Origin: Lama guanicoe
Taxonomy: Eukaryota
NCBI GenBank assembly: GCA_013239625.1
Contig: MU054400.1
Span: forward strand, 107,146 to 171,145
Direction: 5' to 3'
Length of the DNA stretch: 64,000 nucleotides
Below are positions 57,665-64,000 of the stretch, piece after piece. The notes beneath the pieces are model-generated. The model had not been told where the DNA came from. It worked only from the letters and a program-made list of their open reading frames with translations, and ran no database searches. A program made the translations under genes and the position numbers. Numbering within the stretch: the stretch's first letter is position 1; each line of letters opens with the position of its first letter.

Positions 57665-60227
57665 GGTATAAAAAAAAAAATACCAGATCTATGCTCAAAA
57701 AAAAGGAACAGAAATACTTTTCTCCCTTTCAACTCAGGACCCCGAGTATACACTAGTATTATTAAGTCAACTATATCTCTGATCATGTAGACACTGTTTT
57801 TATGAGGAAATGCATTTCAAGTTGTAAGCAACTATATAAAGATTAACTTTTTGAAAAACCATACTTCACTTAAGTTTCATTAAACCTTTTACCTAAAACG
57901 ATTCAAAGTAACTCAAAATCAGTTATAAGTGGCAGATTTTTTCCATTAAGTAGAGCAGGCATAACCACATAGGAAATAACCGTGCAAAATTAAAAATAAG
58001 TTCTGGAAAACACATACTTAAAGCATACTTACATTCACGTGATATTTGAGATAATAATGAATAATCCAGACAGGGATAAGTACATGAGTAAAAGCAAAGA
58101 CACTGTGTCGGTATGCCTTATAGATCTGGGGGGGAAAAAAAAACATGCACAAAATAAATAGATATCCCATTTTTTTTTACATTTGCAAAAAAACAAATCA
58201 ATGATGCAACAATGTCATGATTATTGTAACAACTCTAAATGCTACGTACTTCCTTATAGTCTTTAGCTAACCTCACGCATCCAAATATTTTCACTAAACT
58301 TAGTGCCTGCTAGGTGACATCTACAGAGTTCAGAGCAAAGGAGGCTTAAGACAAGGAAAATTTTGCAAAAGTTGTAGTAAAGTATTTATACATACAAGTT
58401 TTTTAAAGACTTCTAAAAATTCCTTATTATAAATTTGTTTAAGATAAAATAGAGTATAAATAATGAAAGAATAATTTTAATCCATTTAACCAGAGTAATC
58501 AGAACTACAGAATTTTCAAAGTCATTTCCCTAATTTATCAACTTCAGATGCCCATAATCAACACCACTTCCAGCATTCTAGGTATAAGGCAAACAACCTT
58601 GAGTACACTAATGCTGGACAAAGAATGTTTTACACACTGGGATGGGGTGTTCCAAATTCACATTGAGATGCCTTCAGACACAATATTTTTTAAAAGAAAG
58701 GCAAAGAGAGCTAAAAATGAAACTTTTCCATGGCAAACCAATTTGACGGAAACAGACCTATCCTTTCAGGGAAAGGACAATCTAGATTCTAAGTGTTAAT
58801 AATAGATATGATCATGGAAGAAAAAAATTAACTAAAAATAAGGTAAGACAGATTTCAACAAATGATTATTTACATCCTTACATCATTGGCTGACCAGTGG
58901 GATGTCAACTTTCAATCACGGGCTGCCAAATCAATAAGTAATGTCAGGGAGGGAGAGGAGAGTTGAATTAAGAGTTTAATTTACCACCATAAATAAGTAT
59001 CTAACACCAACTTCTCAGAAAAATTTGCACTAGACTTCATAGCACAGCAAGACAGTAGACACCAATGGATTTCAATGTGAACTCCTTCAACTCCTAGCCC
59101 TATGACTACGGGTAAATCACTGAATTTTTGTAGGCCTCTATTTCCACACATTTAAAGTGAAGATTAGGAATAGTTTCTATCCTACAAGAGTAAAAAATTA
59201 AATAAAGTAACACATGTAAAACCCTCAGCAAAGTGCCAGATACAACATAAACACCCAAGTGTTACTTATATTACCACCATTATTATTAGCCAATGTCTCA
59301 AGCGATTCTGAGAAACAGCATTCATCACCCATGATTACGTGATTTAAATAACCTCAAGAAAATCTCAAGAGATCCTGAAAATAAAGACAGCACCTGAGTG
59401 AGTGATTTTCTGCGAAGTCCAGGAATGGTATTTTTAAATGAAAGAGTGTGTTAAAGGTACATAGTGATAGTTTAGAAAGGGGGCTCTTGATATGACTCAT
59501 TAAGCTTATCAACAGGCCCTTTTCTTTTATGGTGATTACATAGAGTCGTACTACCAGCTAGAGGCTCATTGTGCCTTCTGGTAGTTGGTTGTAGTGTTAG
59601 TTGGTCTTTAAAATCTCAAGCTCAAATCCAGATAACCGTCTACAAATACTAAAATCACTGAATTTTAACTACACTGAGTCCTTGGCTATCATTCTAAGGG
59701 AAGATTTCCATAGTCAAACGAGAACCAAGCCTGCAGCGTCGTCCTCTAAAACCTAGACAACGATTCGCCTCCTTCTCATCACACTAGACAGCAAAAGGGC
59801 ATGACAATCCCAAAGCCGTATGTGTTCCAGACTCCTGACTCCCAGCCCAGGGCTCCTGGGACAGGATACAGCGTTCCCGCTAAACCCGAAATCTCGGTTG
59901 AACGTGACTGTCCTTTAGGGAACTACCGGGACATTCGGTGGCAGAGCGACTCAGCCTCTAATGTGGCTACAATGAGTAGGCGTCCCAGCAGCCAGGCTGG
60001 GGATCGCAACAGGGTGCAAGTCGGGGTCGGGGAGGGTCGTCACTCACCACGTTCTTCCAGGGGGCCCTGTCCTGCAAAAAGTTATTCCAGAATTGCTCCA
60101 CAGGCCACACCCTCCGTGAGGGCAGCACCGGTTCCCGGGCGCTCAGCTCCTGGTCCTTCAGCCATCGCCTTCTCAGCTCTCGCAGCTGCTGCTGCCGCAG
60201 TTTCTCGTCGGGAGTATACCCCGACAT
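45539..60227 (-). CDS. NDUFB6: NADH:ubiquinone oxidoreductase subunit B6 (B17), 128 aa, 4 exons
   Basis: join(60048-60227, 58033-58125 [duplicate at 55319-55411], 49147-49191, 45539-45607); all phase 0 and GT-AG. Confidence 0.96.
46240..47920 (+). mobile_element. MaLR (MLT1) LTR/internal remnants
   Basis: LTR-end motif ttaagccattatatattttggggaaactttgttac followed by degenerate internal-like sequence. Confidence 0.5.
48585..48750 (-). mobile_element. tRNA-derived SINE (Vic-1-like)
   Basis: Reverse strand reads gggtgtagctcaattggtaaag...gtcctgggtttaatcccc; flanked by cataatataaa on both sides. Confidence 0.8.
49147..49191 (-). CDS. NDUFB6: NDUFB6 exon 3
   Basis: [21 protein letters not shown]| and |GTAAGT; 45 nt. 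Confidence 0.95.
49270..50175. mobile_element. L2 remnant
   Basis: L2-like motifs ccagactcatacatccaac..., ending ...cacacaggaggtactaaataaatatctgtt. Confidence 0.6.
50810..51261 (+). mobile_element. ERV1-type solo LTR, same family as 17822-18325
   Basis: Shares tgaatgaaaaat.ttgcc...cagtaaacaaagga and taaaacataactctcaactttt; perfect 4-bp TSD AGGC (50806-50809 / 51262-51265). Confidence 0.85.
52097..52643 (-). mobile_element. ERV1-type solo LTR (MER39/LTR39-like)
   Basis: Reverse strand begins ..agggaagcagaatttgccaccccagaatgtctctgg and ends ..caaca; flanks CTTC/CTTT. Confidence 0.7.
54221..54610. repeat. ~195-bp tandem duplication (54221-54417 and 54419-54610)
   Basis: Near-identical adjacent copies differing by a 5-bp indel. 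Confidence 0.9.
55319..55411 (-). CDS. NDUFB6: NDUFB6 exon 2, second identical copy (probably an assembly duplication)
   Basis: Identical 93-nt exon and splice sites inside a ~2.1-kb duplicated block. Confidence 0.6.
58033..58125 (-). CDS. NDUFB6: NDUFB6 exon 2 (copy nearer exon 1)
   Basis: [36 protein letters not shown]| and |GTAAGT; 93 nt. Confidence 0.9.
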
Positions 60228-60560
60228 GTCGCCACCGGTACCAAGGGAGCAGGTCACGGCGCGCCCCCGAACCAGGATCTTGTCACTTACGCGCGCACCC
60301 GCTCTGCAAAGCGACCTTGCGAGGACGCCTGGGAGCGGCGCGCCGTTATGACGTCACCGACGCTGCCTCCGAGCGGCTCCGATATACGCGCAGTGGCCGG
60401 GCAGGCGCAAAGCCCGCTCCCCCCAGGCACGGCTCTACCCGCCCGCATTACCAGCGGCGCCGGCGAGAGGACGCGGTGAGGGGCGCGTTAGTTACGGGAT
60501 GAGGGCGGAAGTGACGGATAAGGGGAAGTATGAGAGGTCAGCGGACCAGAGGTTCCGCTA
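60000..60560. promoter_or_regulatory. NDUFB6 CpG-island promoter with full CRE and ETS/GABP site
   Basis: TGACGTCA 60349-60356; GCGGAAGTG 60505-60513; CpG-rich. Confidence 0.75.
60048..60227 (-). CDS. NDUFB6: NDUFB6 exon 1
   Basis: [28 protein letters not shown]...PWKNV; donor |GTGAGT; 180 nt. Confidence 0.96.
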
Positions 60561-61884
60561 AGGAAGAACTGGCGTGCTGGGAGCTGGAAGGATGAGAATA
60601 TGTGATTGAATGAATGTGACGTCCAAATGCAAAATTTTTCATTTGCCTCTCTCACCTTGGAATTCCTCTTCCCGTGACCTAGGGAGTCTGTGGAGACATT
60701 ATATCCAAGTTTAAGTCCCAGCCGTGTCAGGGAGTGGTAAAGTGACTTTGAGCAGCTGTCTCAGTCTGTTCCTTCATCTGTAGTGCAGAAGTAAAAAGAG
60801 TCGCTTAATATTTTAGCAGAATTAGACACCTTCACATTTTGACCCAGCAATCCGTCTTCTAGAACTCTATCATAAGATAAAGTGGTAAAAATACGACAGG
60901 AATGTGCACGATTTTCCACTGCAGCACTGCTACCATAAAATACTGGAAATCACCCCAAAATTCTTCAATAAAGGGCTGGTTGAATAAATCATTGTACAAT
61001 AACGCAATGAAGTGCTCTGTATACAACTGCAGTGACCTCCTGATACATACATTTTTAAGTGAAGAAAGCTAAGTGGAGAAATGTGTTTATAGTATGTTAG
61101 CTTTTATCTAAAAAAGGGGAGGGTAGTAGTAATACTAAAATATACGTATGTTTGCTTAAAATTTAAAACTAATGGAAAGGAAAAGTACTGATTTTTTAAA
61201 ACGTTACTTATAGGGAGAGGAAGGGAACAGGATAAGAGACAGGGATAGAAACTAAACTTCTCTAAATGTATCTTATTTAGTAGATTTGACTCTAGAACCA
61301 TGTAAACATTTCATATCATTATAAAACAAATTAAATTTATAAAAAGCAGCCTCTAAAAATCAGAAGTAAAAATACATGCATCAACTGATCTGCTTGGTGG
61401 CATAACTTCAAAAACACACCATTTCAAGTAACTTTAACCATCAAATTACTGTACATCCATAGAGAGATATGCCTCAAAGACAAAAAGTACTGTCCAAAAG
61501 AAAAGAGAGAAAAAAAAAGAAAAGAAAGAAGTCTTAAAATGTCTGAAGTAATCACATTGCTGGCAGTGATGGTAGTGGTGGCATTGTTAATCAGACACTG
61601 AAAATAAACCCTCATGCTGAGATTTTTGTTATGGGAGAAAGGAGATAGAAATATGAATTGTATGAGTTTAACTAAAAACTCTGTGGTCCTAAATTTGGAC
61701 AAAGAAGAATCAGTATTAACTCATGATATGTTTTATCTTTGAATAAATATATACAATTTTATCTAGCTCTGCCCTTTGAAGTTGCCTAAAAACCATGGCC
61801 AACCCGGTAACCATGAACATCTCTAGGTCCAAGACTATAATCTCTAAATACCATTTTTCATTAAAAGGAACCAGGACTCCTTGG

Positions 61885-62330
61885 AGCAGCAGTTCTCAAA
61901 ACATTTTGCTCCCCAAATTTCTTTAAATTCTTAAAATTGTTGAGGACCCGCAAAGAATTTTTGTTTCTGTGGGTTATGTCTGTTGATCTTTACTGCTTTA
62001 GAAATTAAAACAGATTTAAAAATAACAAAATATCCATTAATAAACATTATTCAGTGAGAAGAGTGCCATTGTTTTACATTTTTGTAAATCTCTTTAATGT
62101 CTGGCTTAATAAATGACAGCAGAATTCTTACAAATGCTTCTGCATTCAAACATAATATCACACACCATGCAACCTCTGGAAACTCCATATATAGTTGTGA
62201 AAGATTGAGAGTTAAAAAGGGCAAATAGCATCTTAGTATTATTATGAAAATAATTTTGACCTTGCAAACCCCATAAAAGGATTACAGGACTCCCAGGGGT
62301 TCCAAGATCACACTTTGAGAAGCATTGCCT
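61885..62330. mobile_element. hAT-Charlie DNA transposon remnant
   Basis: Imperfect terminal inverted repeats cagcagttctcaaa / tttgagaagcattg. Confidence 0.65.
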
Positions 62331-62965
62331 AGGAGAAATAGCTGATTTCATGTTCGAGTTAGGGAATGTAAAAGAAGCCTGGAAAATCTTGCCTTAGAAG
62401 AAAGCAGGGAAGTTTTTAAAGACTAGTAGGACCATGTCAAGAGGAGCCAACTTTAATAGACTTCCACTGGCCAAAAATGGAATGATTTGAGCATCAATAA
62501 GTATAGTGACTTCAGTGGAATGAAAAATATCAAATACATTCACATACATGAGTTCATAATGATTTTTTTAAGAAGCCTCATTGGTCACTTTTTGATGGTG
62601 TTAGGGAAACAACTCATTATTTTGAAAACTAATAAATAGAGGGAAGATCAAGCATTTTTCTGGCCTCTCTATATAAATAGCATCTTAGAGCAACAAAATA
62701 GTTGATGAGGAGGGAATTTATTCAAGGAAGCATAAAAATCTAATACAAGAAGAATGGATGGCAGAGTTAGAATATCACTATTTTACAAACATTAATAAAT
62801 CAATGCCCTAATCATCAGTAGAAGCTGACATCTCAGAAAGAAAGGAACTGCGCCTCCTGGTGGAAGGCTGCCTCAGTGCCTGTGACGCAGCCTTGCCAAA
62901 CAAAAATACTGAAACTGAATCAGATCAAGTTTCTAGATCTAACCACTGATTTAAATGAAAAATAG

Positions 62966-63194
62966 TATCTACAAATTTCGAACTCCCAGTCTGTCCCTGT
63001 ATATATAGAATAGATAGACAAGATTATACTGTATAGCACAGGAAAATATATACAAGATCCTGTGGTAGCTCACGGTGAGAAAGAATGTGACAATGAATAT
63101 ATGTATGTTCATGTATAACTGAAAAATTGTGCTCTACACTGGAAATTGACACAACATTGTAAAGTGACTATAACTCAATAAAATAAAATTTAAA
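62966..63194 (+). mobile_element. 5'-truncated L1 3' end with a short 5' inversion
   Basis: 62966-62998 is the reverse complement of the segment that precedes the body in the sibling copy at 23309; near-perfect 13-bp TSD. Confidence 0.75.
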
Positions 63195-63339
63195 AAAGGA
63201 AAAATAGGGGAGAGGAAACTCCTTATAAAACACCCAAATGATACATTCAGAAAAATCTGGATTGTAGAAACTTTAGACAAACGACTCAGTTTCTTGAACA
63301 AAAATAAAGGCATGGGAGAGAGAGAAAGACAGAGAAACA

Positions 63340-64000
63340 CCCCAAAATTAAGAGAAATAAAAATGAGAAAACAAACAATCCAATTAAAAAATTGGCCAAA
63401 GACCTTAACAGACACCTCACCAAGGAAGATACACAGATGGCAAGTAAGCATATGCAAAGATGCTCCAGATCATATGTTATGGGGAAATCCACATTAAAAC
63501 AATAAAGTACCATTGCACACCAATTGGAATGGCCAAAATGCGGAACACTGACAACACCAAAAGCTGGGGGGAAGGATGTGGAGGAACAGGAACTCTAATT
63601 CACTGCTGTGAATGGCACAGCCACTTTGGAAGACTTTTTGGAGGTTTCTTACAGAACGAAACATTCTCTTACCATAAAACCCAACAATTTCGTTCTTTGG
63701 TATTTAACTGGAAGAGCTGAAAACTTATGTCCACACACACACACACAAACTGCACACAAATGTTTATGGTAACTTTCAACTTTATCCACAACTGCCGAAA
63801 CTTGCAAGCAACCAAGATCTCCTTCAGTAGATGAATAGGGAAATAAACTGTGGTCCATCCAGACAGTGGAATATCATTCAGGGCCAAAAAGCAATGAGCT
63901 ATCAAGCCATGAAAAGACATGGAGGAATCTTGGTTGCATATAACTAAGTGAAAGAAACCAAGCTGAGAAGACTACATACTATATGATATCAACCGTATGA
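63340..64000 (+). mobile_element. L1M ORF2/3'UTR fragment
   Basis: aacagacacctcaccaaggaagatacacagatggcaagtaagcatatg... Confidence 0.8.

Larger units (their letters stand above)
54694..59487. repeat. ~2.1-kb direct duplication (54694-56772 and 57438-59487) containing NDUFB6 exon 2
   Basis: Near-identical copies with a few substitutions and a discordant poly-A-adjacent segment. Confidence 0.95.

Noticed and set aside
57268..57756. 162-aa ORF with a poly-Lys tract
   Set aside because: The Lys run comes from a poly-A tract in a low-quality part of the duplicated block.
59801..60502. 233-aa + strand ORF antisense to NDUFB6 exon 1
   Set aside because: Stop-poor GC-rich CpG island; Arg/Pro/Ala-rich translation with no recognisable family.

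Overview
Mammalian genomic DNA, probably from a camelid (three tRNA-derived SINEs resemble the camelid Vic-1 family; this is an inference). It is the conserved DDX58(RIG-I)-TOPORS-SMIM27-NDUFB6 block. From GT-AG boundaries and translations I resolved: DDX58 coding exons 1-13 on the - strand (645 codons; the rest of the gene runs off the left edge), complete TOPORS (- strand, 3 exons, 1041 aa), the 55-aa microprotein SMIM27 (+ strand, 2 exons, not visible as a whole in the ORF track) and complete NDUFB6 (- strand, 4 exons, 128 aa). The remainder is intronic or intergenic, with L1, L2, MIR, MaLR, ERV solo LTRs and hAT MERs. The most notable observations are: (1) the TOPORS and SMIM27 start codons overlap on one palindromic CATG, and the TOPORS splice donor doubles as the SMIM27 Kozak context; (2) a poly-Ala uORF in frame with SMIM27; (3) a roughly 100-bp polyadenylated micro-retrocopy with a perfect 14-bp TSD in DDX58 intron 4; (4) LTRs beside RIG-I exon 2 and its promoter; (5) a tandem duplication of NDUFB6 exon 2 that is probably an assembly artefact. 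A 465-N gap with duplicated flanks is almost certainly an artefact. I found no evidence of a wholly new gene system. Repeat family names and comparisons with human proteins are from memory, not from searches.
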